Source: an uncultured Eubacteriales bacterium | GTDB taxonomy: Bacteria > Bacillota > Clostridia > TANB77 > UBA1234 | NCBI GenBank assembly: GCA_949283575.1 | Contig: CASDSU010000036.1 | Coordinates: 132,809-196,808, forward strand | Reading direction: 5' to 3' | DNA length: 64,000 nt | Shown: one piece after another, positions 12,021-21,626 of the stretch | Layout of the letters: each line of letters starts with the position of its first letter | How positions within the stretch are numbered: position 1 is the stretch's first letter | The notes under the pieces: model-generated | The model's input: the letters and a program-made list of their open reading frames with translations, nothing else | Databases searched by the model: none | Told to the model about the DNA's origin: nothing | Position numbers and translations under genes: made by a program

Positions 12021-12071
12021 GGACAAGAAATTGGTGATATTTTATAAAAGTAATACCAATTTATCTTGTCC
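12021..12071. repeat. GGACAA...TTGTCC-armed hairpin (dispersed family), probably also a terminator
   Basis: ggacaagaaattggt / accaatttatcttgtcc followed by T-run. Confidence 0.6.
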
Positions 12072-12179
12072 TTTTTTATTTGTAAATTGATATATTTTAC
12101 GATTAATTGTACAGTTGAGAAACGTTGACACCAAGCTTATTAAAGTATAAAATATATGCATAAATGTGAGGAGGGTACT

Positions 12180-14180
12180 ATGAAAAAAATAAAATTAAAT
12201 GATGTTTTTGTACCAAGATATAGATTGCATTTGATATTAATTTTATTAATTCTTTTATATATGTGTATATTGAGTCAAAAATATGCTCCTATAATGATTT
12301 TTGTGTCTACGATAATTTATGCATATGTATTGTTTTTAACATATAAAAAGAATGAAGAGCTAAAAGACAGAATTGTAAATACTATGAATAGTTTTATTTT
12401 TAAGTTAAAGACGGATGAAACTGTTCTGAATTTTCCAATTCCATCTATGATTGTAAATAATCAAGGTGATATTCTTTGGAATAATAGTGAGCTTGAATTA
12501 TTATTTAAAGGAATTAATAAACAAAAGTATATTGAAAATGTTATTAAAGAATTAAATGAAGAGTATGATAAAAAGTTTATAGGTATTGATAAGGAAATTA
12601 ATATACATGATAAGCATTATAGATTGCTTGGAAATCTTTTGAATATAAAGAAAAAACGTTCTCATGAAAAAGAAAGTGTTTTAATGCTTTATTTTATTGA
12701 TAGGACAGAGTATTATAGACTTTTTAGAATGTATGATGATTCAAAAAATGCCGTTGCGGTTGTGATGGTTGATAATTATGAAGAACTTGTACAAGGTATG
12801 GTTGATACAGATAAACCACAACTTATAGCTACTGTTGAAAAGAAACTTAGAAATTGGTTTTCTTTTACTGGAGGTATAATGACAAGTCTTGATAGAAACA
12901 AATATTTGTTAGTATTTGAAAAAAAGTTTGTAAGAGAGTTTATGAATAATAAATTTCAGATATTAGATGAGATTAAAGAAATTTCTCTTAGTAATAAGAT
13001 TCCAGTTACTTTAAGTATAGGTATGGTTGTTGAAGAAGGAACAAATTTAGAAAAGTTTCAAAATGCTCTTGCGACTATAGATATTGCTTTGGGTAGAGGT
13101 GGAGACCAAGCTGTTGTTAGAAAGAATGGTAAGTATGAATTCTTTGGTGGCAATACTAAAGAGGTTGAAAAAACAACGAAGGTTAAACCAAGAGTTATTT
13201 CTCAAGCTTTAAAAGAACTTATGGGAGAAGCTAGCAATGTTGTTATAATGGGGCATCAAAACATGGATGCAGATTCTCTTGGCTCGGCCATGGGAGTTTA
13301 CAGACTTGCTAAAACTTTAGACAAAGAGGCAATGATAGTTGTTAATGATTATGGTGTTGCTATTGATAGTCTTTGTAAAAAAATAATGAAAGAAGAGCAA
13401 TATCAAAACGTTTTGCTTGCAGAAGATGATATTCTTGCAAGAATGACAGATGACACTCTTTTAGTTGTAGTAGATACTCATTTAAATGATTACGTGAATT
13501 CAGTTGAAGTTTTAAAGAATGCGAGTAAAGTAGTTATAATAGATCATCATAGAAGAAGTACAGATGCTATAGAAAATGCGGTTTTAACATTCCATGAAAT
13601 TTATGCTTCTTCAGCAAGTGAGCTAGTAACAGAGTTATTACAGTATTCTGATACTAAAATTGTTCCAACAACACTTGAAGCTGAGTGTTTATATGCTGGT
13701 ATATTAACTGATACTAAAAACTTTACACAAAAGACAGGTGTTAGAACGTTTGAGGCTGCAGCTTTCTTAAAGAAAACAGGTATTGATGTTGCAGCTATAA
13801 CGAAGGCGTTCCAAAATGATGTTGATACATATGTTGCGATAGCCGATGTAATTCGTAATTCAGAAATAATATTTGATAATATAGCAATTGCACTTTGTCC
13901 ATCAGGAATAGACAATCAAATTCAAATAACAGCACAAGCCGCAGACGAATTATTGAATTTGAATGGAATAGAAGCTTCATTTGTATTGTCAAAATATGAT
14001 AACAAGGTGTATATAAGTGGTCGTTCAACAGGAGAACATAATGTTCAAGTTATTCTTGAAAAATTTGGTGGTGGCGGTCATATGATGATTGCTGGTGCAC
14101 AAATTGAAGGTGCTGAAGTTGAAGATGTGAAAAAATTACTTATTAATGTAATTACAGAGATGAGAAAAGAAAAATCATAA
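12180..14180 (+). CDS. gdpP: c-di-AMP phosphodiesterase GdpP (2 TM, PAS, degenerate GGDEF, DHH/DHHA1)
   Basis: LGRGGDQ, MGHQNMDADS, IDHHRR, GGGGH; upstream of rplI-dnaB. Confidence 0.92.
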   Translation: MKKIKLNDVFVPRYRLHLILILLILLYMCILSQKYAPIMIFVSTIIYAYVLFLTYKKNEELKDRIVNTMNSFIFKLKTDETVLNFPIPSMIVNNQGDILWNNSELELLFKGINKQKYIENVIKELNEEYDKKFIGIDKEINIHDKHYRLLGNLLNIKKKRSHEKESVLMLYFIDRTEYYRLFRMYDDSKNAVAVVMVDNYEELVQGMVDTDKPQLIATVEKKLRNWFSFTGGIMTSLDRNKYLLVFEKKFVREFMNNKFQILDEIKEISLSNKIPVTLSIGMVVEEGTNLEKFQNALATIDIALGRGGDQAVVRKNGKYEFFGGNTKEVEKTTKVKPRVISQALKELMGEASNVVIMGHQNMDADSLGSAMGVYRLAKTLDKEAMIVVNDYGVAIDSLCKKIMKEEQYQNVLLAEDDILARMTDDTLLVVVDTHLNDYVNSVEVLKNASKVVIIDHHRRSTDAIENAVLTFHEIYASSASELVTELLQYSDTKIVPTTLEAECLYAGILTDTKNFTQKTGVRTFEAAAFLKKTGIDVAAITKAFQNDVDTYVAIADVIRNSEIIFDNIAIALCPSGIDNQIQITAQAADELLNLNGIEASFVLSKYDNKVYISGRSTGEHNVQVILEKFGGGGHMMIAGAQIEGAEVEDVKKLLINVITEMRKEKS

Positions 14181-14197
14181 ATATCTTACAAAAGAAA

Positions 14198-14237
14198 AAA
14201 GGCGAGCACAGATAGTTTTAGTTTGCTCGCCTATTTT
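14198..14237 (+). terminator. Hairpin between gdpP and rplI
   Basis: aggcgagca...tgctcgcct followed by T-rich tail. Confidence 0.55.
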
Positions 14238-14266
14238 AGAGAATTAATGAATTTGGGGGGATTTTG

Positions 14267-14713
14267 ATGAAAGTTATTTTGACACAAGATATAAAATCTG
14301 TAGGTAAGAAAGGTCAGATTATTGATGCATCAGATGGATATGCGAGAAATTATTTGATTCCTAAAAAATTGGCTGTAATTGCTGATGCTACTAATTTGAA
14401 TGAATTAAAAACAAAACAAGATGCTAATAAATATAAGCATGATATGACAATGGCGAATGCTAAAGAGTTGGCAGAAAAAATGAAAAATTTTGAGATAACT
14501 TTTAAAATAAAAGCTGGTGATAATGGAAAAACTTTTGGAAGTGTTACTGCAAAAGATATAGCTAGTGAACTTGCTAAAAAGTATTTTGTTGAGGTTGATA
14601 AAAAAAAGGTTTGTCTAGATGATGCTATAAAAGCTCTTGGCGTTTATAATATAGAAATTAAGTTGTTTGAGGGTATTAGTGGCATTTTGAAAGTAAATAT
14701 AATTGCTGAATAA
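14267..14713 (+). CDS. rplI: 50S ribosomal protein L9
   Basis: MKVILTQDI, GYARNYLIP, FGSVT. Confidence 0.97.
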   Translation: MKVILTQDIKSVGKKGQIIDASDGYARNYLIPKKLAVIADATNLNELKTKQDANKYKHDMTMANAKELAEKMKNFEITFKIKAGDNGKTFGSVTAKDIASELAKKYFVEVDKKKVCLDDAIKALGVYNIEIKLFEGISGILKVNIIAE

Positions 14714-14743
14714 TAATAGAATAATTCATGTGAGGGGAATAAT

Positions 14744-16078
14744 ATGAATGATGAATTATTAGGTAGAATACCTCCAAATGATATGGAAGCAGAGCAGGCT
14801 GTTTTAGGTTCTATGCTTGTTGACAAGGATGCAGTATTGACAGTTCTAGAAATTTTAAAGCCCGAAGATTTTTATAGAAATGAGCATGCCGAGATTTATG
14901 GTGCTATTCTTGATTTGTATGAAGCTGGTAAACCAATAGATTTGTTGACGTTAAAAGAACAACTTAGAATTCGTGGAAAGTATGATATTATAAATGGTTT
15001 TGAATATCTTGCATCACTTACAAATCCAATGTATTCAATTTCGAATGTTGAAAATTATGCAAATATTGTTTGGGAAAAATCAATTCTTAGAAAATTAATA
15101 AAAGCATCAAACAAGATAAGTAAAGAAAGTTATGAAGCGCTTGATGAAGCTACTGCTATTACTGAGAGAGCTGAAAAAGAAATTTTTAATATAGTTCAAA
15201 GAAAAAGTTCATCGTATGCGCTTATTAAAGATGTTCTTGTAGACACGTTTAACAATTTAGAGGAGCTTGCAACTAGAGAAGATGGTGTAATAGGTATTCC
15301 AAGTGGATTTATTGATTTAGATAATAGAACGCTTGGTTTTATGCCAGGACAATTAGTTATTGTCGCTGCTAGACCTGCCATGGGTAAGTCTGCTTTTGCA
15401 CTTAATATCTTAGCTAATGCATCAATTAGAGCTAAAAAATCTGTTGTGTATTTTAGTCTCGAGATGAGTAAAGAAGAATTAACGAGTAGAATCTTGGCAA
15501 GTGAAGCGATGGTTGATAGTACTAAAATAAGAAGTGGTAAGCTTGAAGATGAAGATTGGATTAGTCTTACAAATGCATCTGGAACACTTTCGGAAGCCAA
15601 AATTATTTTAGATGATACTTCTGGTTTTACCCCAATAGAACTTCGTGCCAAGTGTAGAAAATTAAAAATGGAATATGATATTGGTCTTATTGTAATAGAC
15701 TACTTACAACTTATGGATGCATCAAAAGTTTCTACAAGTAGACAAGCTGATATTTCTGAAATAAGTAGATCCTTAAAGGTTTTGGCGAGAGAAATTGGAG
15801 TTCCAATAATAGCTCTTTCACAGCTAAGCCGTGCTCCTGAGCAAAGACTAGATCATAGACCTATGCTTAGTGACCTTAGAGAATCTGGATCTATAGAGCA
15901 AGATGCCGATATTGTTATGTTTTTATATCGAGATGATTATTATAATCCTGAGACTGAGAAGAAAAACGTAGCAGAAGTAATTGTTGCAAAAAACAGAGGT
16001 GGCTCAACAGGTACAACCGAACTTTTGTGGTTAAATCAATATACAAAGTTTGTTAATTTAGATAGATATCACAGTTAA
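14744..16078 (+). CDS. dnaB: Replicative DNA helicase
   Basis: AARPAMGKS, IDYLQLM, SDLRESGSIEQDAD. Confidence 0.97.
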   Translation: MNDELLGRIPPNDMEAEQAVLGSMLVDKDAVLTVLEILKPEDFYRNEHAEIYGAILDLYEAGKPIDLLTLKEQLRIRGKYDIINGFEYLASLTNPMYSISNVENYANIVWEKSILRKLIKASNKISKESYEALDEATAITERAEKEIFNIVQRKSSSYALIKDVLVDTFNNLEELATREDGVIGIPSGFIDLDNRTLGFMPGQLVIVAARPAMGKSAFALNILANASIRAKKSVVYFSLEMSKEELTSRILASEAMVDSTKIRSGKLEDEDWISLTNASGTLSEAKIILDDTSGFTPIELRAKCRKLKMEYDIGLIVIDYLQLMDASKVSTSRQADISEISRSLKVLAREIGVPIIALSQLSRAPEQRLDHRPMLSDLRESGSIEQDADIVMFLYRDDYYNPETEKKNVAEVIVAKNRGGSTGTTELLWLNQYTKFVNLDRYHS

Positions 16079-16083
16079 AAGAG

Positions 16084-17055
16084 GTGAAAATAAATTTGCT
16101 TGAAAAAGTTAAAAGCATAATTAAAAAATATAATTTAATAAACGAAGAAGATAAAGTGCTAATTGGTGTTTCTGGTGGTCCAGATTCAATTACACTTTTG
16201 AATACATTATACAAACTTGGATATAATATATGCACAGCCCATATTAATCATGGTATTAGAGAAAATGCAGATAACGATGAAAAATTTGTTAGAGAGTTTT
16301 GTGAAGAAAGAAATATTCCTTGTTTTGTTAAAAGAGTTAAACTAAAAGAGATTGAATCAGATATGACTTTAGAAGAGTTGGGTAGAAAAATTAGATATGA
16401 TTTTTTTGATGAAATTATGAAACAAGAAAATTGTACAAAAATTGCAACTGCTCATAATGCGAATGATAATGCGGAAACAGTGCTTATGAATATTGTTAGG
16501 GGTACTGGTATGTCTGGACTTAAAGGAATTGAGATTTCAAGAAAAAATATTATTAGACCTCTTTTAGAAGTAACAAGAAAAGAAATCGAAGAATATTGTG
16601 AAAAAGAAAATTTGAATCCTTGTCATGATGAATCAAATGATGAAGCTATTTATACGAGAAATAAAATCAGACTTGAATTAATTCCGTATATTGAAAATAA
16701 TATAAATTCTAATGTTGTTAATAATATTAATAGAATGTCGGAAATAATTTCAGATGAAGAGGAATATATTAATAAGCAGGTAGACATTTCATATAAAGAT
16801 TGTTTGATTGCAGAAGAAGATGAAAGAGTTGTCTGTAATTTAAAGAAATTTAATGAACTAGAAAATACGATACAAAAAAGATTAATTATAAGGTTTATCG
16901 GAAAAGTTTTAGGCAATGTAAAGGATATTGAACGAGTACATATTCAAGATATTTTGAAACTTTGCAAAAATAATGTTGGTGGAAAATTTTTAACACCTAA
17001 TAAAAACATAAAAGTAGCAGTAAATAAGGGAATTGTAGAGTATGTGAAGTTATAG
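16084..17055 (+). CDS. tilS: tRNA(Ile)-lysidine synthase (short form)
   Basis: SGGPDS PP-loop, HINHGIR, TAHNANDNAET, RNKIR. Confidence 0.93.
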   Translation: MKINLLEKVKSIIKKYNLINEEDKVLIGVSGGPDSITLLNTLYKLGYNICTAHINHGIRENADNDEKFVREFCEERNIPCFVKRVKLKEIESDMTLEELGRKIRYDFFDEIMKQENCTKIATAHNANDNAETVLMNIVRGTGMSGLKGIEISRKNIIRPLLEVTRKEIEEYCEKENLNPCHDESNDEAIYTRNKIRLELIPYIENNINSNVVNNINRMSEIISDEEEYINKQVDISYKDCLIAEEDERVVCNLKKFNELENTIQKRLIIRFIGKVLGNVKDIERVHIQDILKLCKNNVGGKFLTPNKNIKVAVNKGIVEYVKL

Positions 17056-17128
17056 TTTTGTTCTTTACACTTTTTTTAGACTATGATAACATATAATTTG
17101 AATTTATTAGATAAATAAGGAGGAGCAA

Positions 17129-18949
17129 ATGAAAAAATCATTTAGAGGAATTGCACCATTGATTATAACAATGCTGTTGTTGTTCTTTTTAGCTGGCATG
17201 TTTGCTGATGCTGAAAATGCAAAATCAATGTCATATATGGATTTACTTGCAAGTATAGAATCAGGAGATGTTGCTAGTATTGAGCTTGCAAGTGATTCGT
17301 CAACAGCGGTTGTTTTGTTAGTTGGTGATTCAGAAAATTCGGATGAAATACCAGTTAATATTCCAAGTAGAGAAGCTTTTATAGAATATGCACAAGAAGC
17401 TAGAAAAGAAGGAGCAACGTTTGATTTAAAATTAGGTGAACCATCAATGGCACTTACATTACTTGACTACGTTACACCAATCGGTTTTGTGTTAATGCTT
17501 ATTTTATTCTGGGTATTCATGATGCAAACAATTGGTGGTGGAAAAGGTGCAATGTCTTTTACAAAGAGTAGAGCTAAACTTTTCAATCCAGAAGACAAAA
17601 ATAAAATAACGTTTAAAGATGTTGCTGGATTACCAGAAGAAAGAGAAGAATTACAAGAAATAGTAGAGTTTTTAAAATATCCTAAGAAATTTATAGATAT
17701 GGGTGCAAGAATACCAAAAGGAGTTTTACTTGTTGGTCAACCAGGTACAGGTAAAACATTACTTGCTAAAGCCGTTGCAGGCGAAGCTGGAGTTCCTTTC
17801 TATTCAATAAGTGGATCAGACTTCGTTGAAATGTATGTTGGCGTTGGTGCATCTAGAGTTAGAGAATTATTTGGTGAAGCTAAATCAAAAGGTGGTCCTT
17901 GTATCATATTCATAGATGAAATTGATGCGGTTGGTCGTCAAAGAGGTGCAGGTCTTGGTGGAGGACATGATGAAAGAGAACAAACATTAAACCAATTACT
18001 TGTTGAGATGGATGGTTTCGGAACAAATAGTGGAATCATAGTTTTAGCGGCGACAAACAGACCAGATATCTTAGATAGAGCACTTCAAAGACCAGGAAGA
18101 TTTGATAGACAAATCGTTGTTCCTGCTCCAGATGTTAAAGCAAGAGAAGAGATTTTAGCTTTATATGCTAAGAAGAAAAAATTGGGTGATGATATAGATC
18201 TTGGTGTACTTGCTAAAAATACAGCGGGGTTCACAGGTGCTGATTTAGAGAATATGATGAATGAGGCTGCTCTTATAGCTGCTAGAAGAGATAAATCAGT
18301 TATAGGAATGGAAGAAATGGAAGATGCAATGACTAAAGTTATTATGGGACCAGAAAAGAAGAGTAAAGTTATTTCTGAGAAAGATAGAAATTTAGTTGCT
18401 TATCACGAAGGTGGTCATGCGGTTGTTAGTAGATTTTTAGAGCATTCAGAACCAGTTCATCAAATATCTATCATTCCAAGAGGAACAGCTGGTGGGTATA
18501 CAATGTATAAAAATACAGAAGATAAGTCTTTTATGTCAAAATCTGAAATGGAAGATAAGATTGTATCATTACTTGGTGGTAGAGTTGCAGAACAACTTAT
18601 ACTAAATGATATAAGTACAGGTGCTTCAAATGATATTGAAAGAGCAAGTAAAATTGCTAGAAGTATGGTTATGAGATATGGTATGAGTGAAAAACTTGGA
18701 ACAATAACATTTGGAAATGATCAAGAAGAAGTGTTCCTTGGAAGAGATATTAACAATACAAAGAATTATAGTGATGAAATCGCAGCTGTTATTGATGTAG
18801 AAGTTAAGAGAATAATTGATACAGGATACGATAGAGCAAAACGTATATTAGAACAAAATGTAAATAAACTTCATGCAGTTGCGCAAGTATTGCTAGAAAA
18901 AGAAAAAATTGAAGGCGATGAATTTGAATCTATAATGCAAAGTGCATAA
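17129..18949 (+). CDS. ftsH: ATP-dependent zinc metalloprotease FtsH
   Basis: 2 [22 protein letters not shown]. Confidence 0.97.
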   Translation: MKKSFRGIAPLIITMLLLFFLAGMFADAENAKSMSYMDLLASIESGDVASIELASDSSTAVVLLVGDSENSDEIPVNIPSREAFIEYAQEARKEGATFDLKLGEPSMALTLLDYVTPIGFVLMLILFWVFMMQTIGGGKGAMSFTKSRAKLFNPEDKNKITFKDVAGLPEEREELQEIVEFLKYPKKFIDMGARIPKGVLLVGQPGTGKTLLAKAVAGEAGVPFYSISGSDFVEMYVGVGASRVRELFGEAKSKGGPCIIFIDEIDAVGRQRGAGLGGGHDEREQTLNQLLVEMDGFGTNSGIIVLAATNRPDILDRALQRPGRFDRQIVVPAPDVKAREEILALYAKKKKLGDDIDLGVLAKNTAGFTGADLENMMNEAALIAARRDKSVIGMEEMEDAMTKVIMGPEKKSKVISEKDRNLVAYHEGGHAVVSRFLEHSEPVHQISIIPRGTAGGYTMYKNTEDKSFMSKSEMEDKIVSLLGGRVAEQLILNDISTGASNDIERASKIARSMVMRYGMSEKLGTITFGNDQEEVFLGRDINNTKNYSDEIAAVIDVEVKRIIDTGYDRAKRILEQNVNKLHAVAQVLLEKEKIEGDEFESIMQSA

Positions 18950-18951
18950 TA

Positions 18952-18993
18952 AAAAATAATAGCTATATTTATAAAATATAGCTATTATTTTTT
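18952..18993. terminator. Bidirectional terminator between convergent ftsH and serS
   Basis: Perfect AT-rich palindrome aaaaataatagctatattttataaaatatagctattattttt. Confidence 0.75.
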
Positions 18994-19013
18994 TATTCTC
19001 ATTTTATAAAATG

Positions 19014-20300
19014 TTATTTTACTGGTTCAATTTTCTCAATTCCACCCATATATGGTCTTAAAGCAACAGGAACATTAACACTTCCATCTTCATTTACGTT
19101 ATTTTCAAGTAAAGCAATTAACCCACGAGGAGTAGCTAAAACAGTATTATTTAGAGTTGATACTAAATAATTTCCGTTAGCGCCTTTTGCACGAATTCCA
19201 AGTCTTCTTGCTTGTGCATCACCAAGTGTTGAACAGCTTCCAACTTCGAAATATTTTTGTTGTCTTGGGCTCCAAGCTTCAATATCGCAAGATTTAACTT
19301 TTAAATCGGCTAAATCACCGCTACAGCATTCAAGTGTTCTAACAGGAACATCTAAACTTCTAAAAAATTCAACTGTGTAACTCCACATTTTGTTATACCA
19401 ATCCATTGCATCTTCTGGTTTGCAAAGAACAACCATTTCTTGTTTCTCGAATTGATGAACTCTATAGATACCTCTTTCTTCGATACCGTGAGCTCCAACT
19501 TCTTTTCTAAAACATGGAGAATAAGAAGTAAGAGTTAAAGGTAATTCTTCTTCTTTAAGAAGTTGACCCTTAAATTTACCAATCATAGAATGTTCTGAAG
19601 TACCAATCAAGAATAAATCTTCGCCTTCGATTTTGTACATCATTGCTTCCATTTCAGCAAAACTCATAACGCCGTTAACTACGTCACTTCTAATCATGAA
19701 AGGTGGGATGCAATATGTGAATCCCTTATCAATCATAAAATCTCTTGCGTATGAAATCATAGCAGAATGAAGTCTTGCAACATTTCCCATTAGATAATAG
19801 AAACCGTTACCACTAGTTCGACCAGCACTTTCTTTATCAATACCATTAAGTTTAGCCATAATATCAGCATGATAAGGAACTTCAAAAGCAGGAACTATAG
19901 GCTCTCCATAAACTTCATTTACAACATTTTCTGTGTCATCTTTTCCAAGAGGAACAGAATCGTCAATAATATTAGGAATAACCATCATTTTAGTTTTAAT
20001 CTCTTCTGCAAGTTTTGTTTCCTTTTCTTCAATTTCAAGTAATTCTTCGTTTATTTTAGAAACTTCAGCTTTGATAGCATTTGCTTCTTCCACTTTTTTC
20101 TCTCTCATCAAATTACCAATCTCGGAGCTTTTACTATTCCTTTCGGCTCTAAGTGTATCACCTTTAAGTCTTGAATCTCTAAGTTCTTTATCAAGTTCAA
20201 TAACTTCATCAACTAAAGGTAATTTTTTGTCTTGAAACTTTTTCTTGATATTTTCTTTAACGATATCAGGATTTTCTCTTAAAAATTTGATGTCTAGCAT
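19014..20300 (-). CDS. serS: Serine--tRNA ligase
   Basis: MLDIKFLREN, GTSEH, CFRKE, RVHQFEK; Ser T-box upstream. Confidence 0.97.
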   Translation of the reverse strand: MLDIKFLRENPDIVKENIKKKFQDKKLPLVDEVIELDKELRDSRLKGDTLRAERNSKSSEIGNLMREKKVEEANAIKAEVSKINEELLEIEEKETKLAEEIKTKMMVIPNIIDDSVPLGKDDTENVVNEVYGEPIVPAFEVPYHADIMAKLNGIDKESAGRTSGNGFYYLMGNVARLHSAMISYARDFMIDKGFTYCIPPFMIRSDVVNGVMSFAEMEAMMYKIEGEDLFLIGTSEHSMIGKFKGQLLKEEELPLTLTSYSPCFRKEVGAHGIEERGIYRVHQFEKQEMVVLCKPEDAMDWYNKMWSYTVEFFRSLDVPVRTLECCSGDLADLKVKSCDIEAWSPRQQKYFEVGSCSTLGDAQARRLGIRAKGANGNYLVSTLNNTVLATPRGLIALLENNVNEDGSVNVPVALRPYMGGIEKIEPVK

Positions 20301-20335
20301 AAAATAAAACCTCCTTAAAAATATTTGCTAAATAT

Positions 20336-20543
20336 ACAAAAACTCTCCCAAATCCAAAGGACGAGGGAGAGTCGTGGTGCCACCTTAATTACTTCTTTGA
20401 CGCATTGTAACCTATGCGGGCAGGTTTAGTTTTCACTAAAAAGCTCATGAGTAGATTCACAAACCAAATCTTACCAATTTTCACCAACCATTGGCTCTCT
20501 AAAAGATTTAAAATAAGCTACTAGTCTCAATCATCGCAACATA
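20336..20543 (-). promoter_or_regulatory. T-box riboswitch leader of serS (UCU Ser specifier)
   Basis: Minus strand: AGAGA/GGTGAA stem-I motifs, GAA-TCT specifier loop, AAGGTGGCACCACG T-box, terminator; promoter TTGACA(20574-79)-N17-TATAAT(20551-56). Confidence 0.92.
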
Positions 20544-20596
20544 TGTAAAAATTATATAGTCATTTGAAGAGAATGTCAAGAAATGCATAGTAAAAA

Positions 20597-20637
20597 AGAA
20601 AAACAACCAAACACTAGATAAGTATTTGGTTGTTTCT
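20597..20637 (-). terminator. Terminator downstream of the orphan 86-aa gene
   Basis: aaacaaccaaa...tttggttgttt inverted repeat with T-run on the minus strand. Confidence 0.7.
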
Positions 20638-20670
20638 CTGCAAAAGCGCTCCTATTTGAGCTTTAAATAA

Positions 20671-20931
20671 TCACGTTGGAGGAAGCGTGTTGACTGGAGG
20701 TGTGGTTCCAACCCAGCCAGTAGCGCCTCCGCTGCGGCGACCATCCATGAAAACGGTTCCATCAGAAAAGAATGTGATATTGGAATGGTATCCGTACCGA
20801 TCAACCAAATTCTGACGTTTTTCGATTTCATCTTTCGATGCATGCATGATGAATACTTTTTCGGTGACGGGAACATGTGTGGCGCGGAGTTCGAGCATTT
20901 CAGCGAAAGACAATTTGGTTTTGGTAATCAC
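20671..20931 (-). CDS. Orphan 86-aa protein with GC-shifted codon usage
   Basis: AGGAGG RBS, GTG start, own promoter TTTACA(20988-93)-N17-TATACT(20965-70), own terminator. Confidence 0.65.
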   Translation of the reverse strand: MITKTKLSFAEMLELRATHVPVTEKVFIMHASKDEIEKRQNLVDRYGYHSNITFFSDGTVFMDGRRSGGATGWVGTTPPVNTLPPT

Positions 20932-20993
20932 GGTAAAACCTCCTATTCGACAAAGTTCACATAAAGTATACGACGTTTTTTGATATTTGTAAA

Positions 20994-21023
20994 GTGCACA
21001 TTAGGGACGTTCCTCGTGTTCAT
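20994..21023. repeat. Degenerate GGACGT-core hairpin
   Basis: gtgcac-attagggacgttcctc-gtgttcat. Confidence 0.4.
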
Positions 21024-21081
21024 GCTCTTGTATGTTTCGGATAAGTTTGGTAAAATCAAAAGCAATGGGGAGGCGAAAGAA

Positions 21082-21600
21082 ATGTTTTGGTTTAAAAAAG
21101 AAAAGAATATATAAATTTTGAAAAATTATCTACAGGTGAGCATAACATAGTCGTTAGTTATGAAGCGGTAGATTCTTTCAATTCTAATTATAGAAAAGTA
21201 ATGGAAGATAATTCTTGTTTTGATGAGATGGATGAACATTTTCAGAACTATGTTGGTGGTTTCTATAATGGAATTATGAAAATGACGGAAAAAAGTTGAA
21301 ACAGAATTAGAAGATAAGAAAATTTTGGATATTAAAAATTACCCTGAAAAGTACATAATGGAATCAAAATTATGGAAAGGTTTTAAGAATCATTTATGGG
21401 ATAATTTTATTGATATAATGCAAAATGATAAATTACTTCTGGATTTTTATCCATATTATATTGTGTTTGATATGGATGGTAGAATTATTGAAAATATTGA
21501 TTTAGAAGAAGTTTGTTTGAAACCTAAGACGATAGATTTGTTAAAAGCTTTGAATAAGGAAAGTGAAGCTCTTTGTAAATTAGAGTTTGAAGATGAATAA
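21082..21600 (+). pseudogene. Hypothetical gene interrupted by two compensating frameshifts in A6 runs
   Basis: GGGGAGG RBS + ATG 21082 (MFWFKK); open -1 frame from ~21099 to 21296; returns to original frame into track ORF 21325..21600. Confidence 0.55.
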
Positions 21601-21626
21601 AGAAAATGTAGCTGTGAGGAGATAAA

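Noticed and set aside
18952-18993. Perfect 42-bp palindrome as a mobile-element end
   Set aside because: It lies between convergent genes and fits a bidirectional terminator; no second copy was seen.
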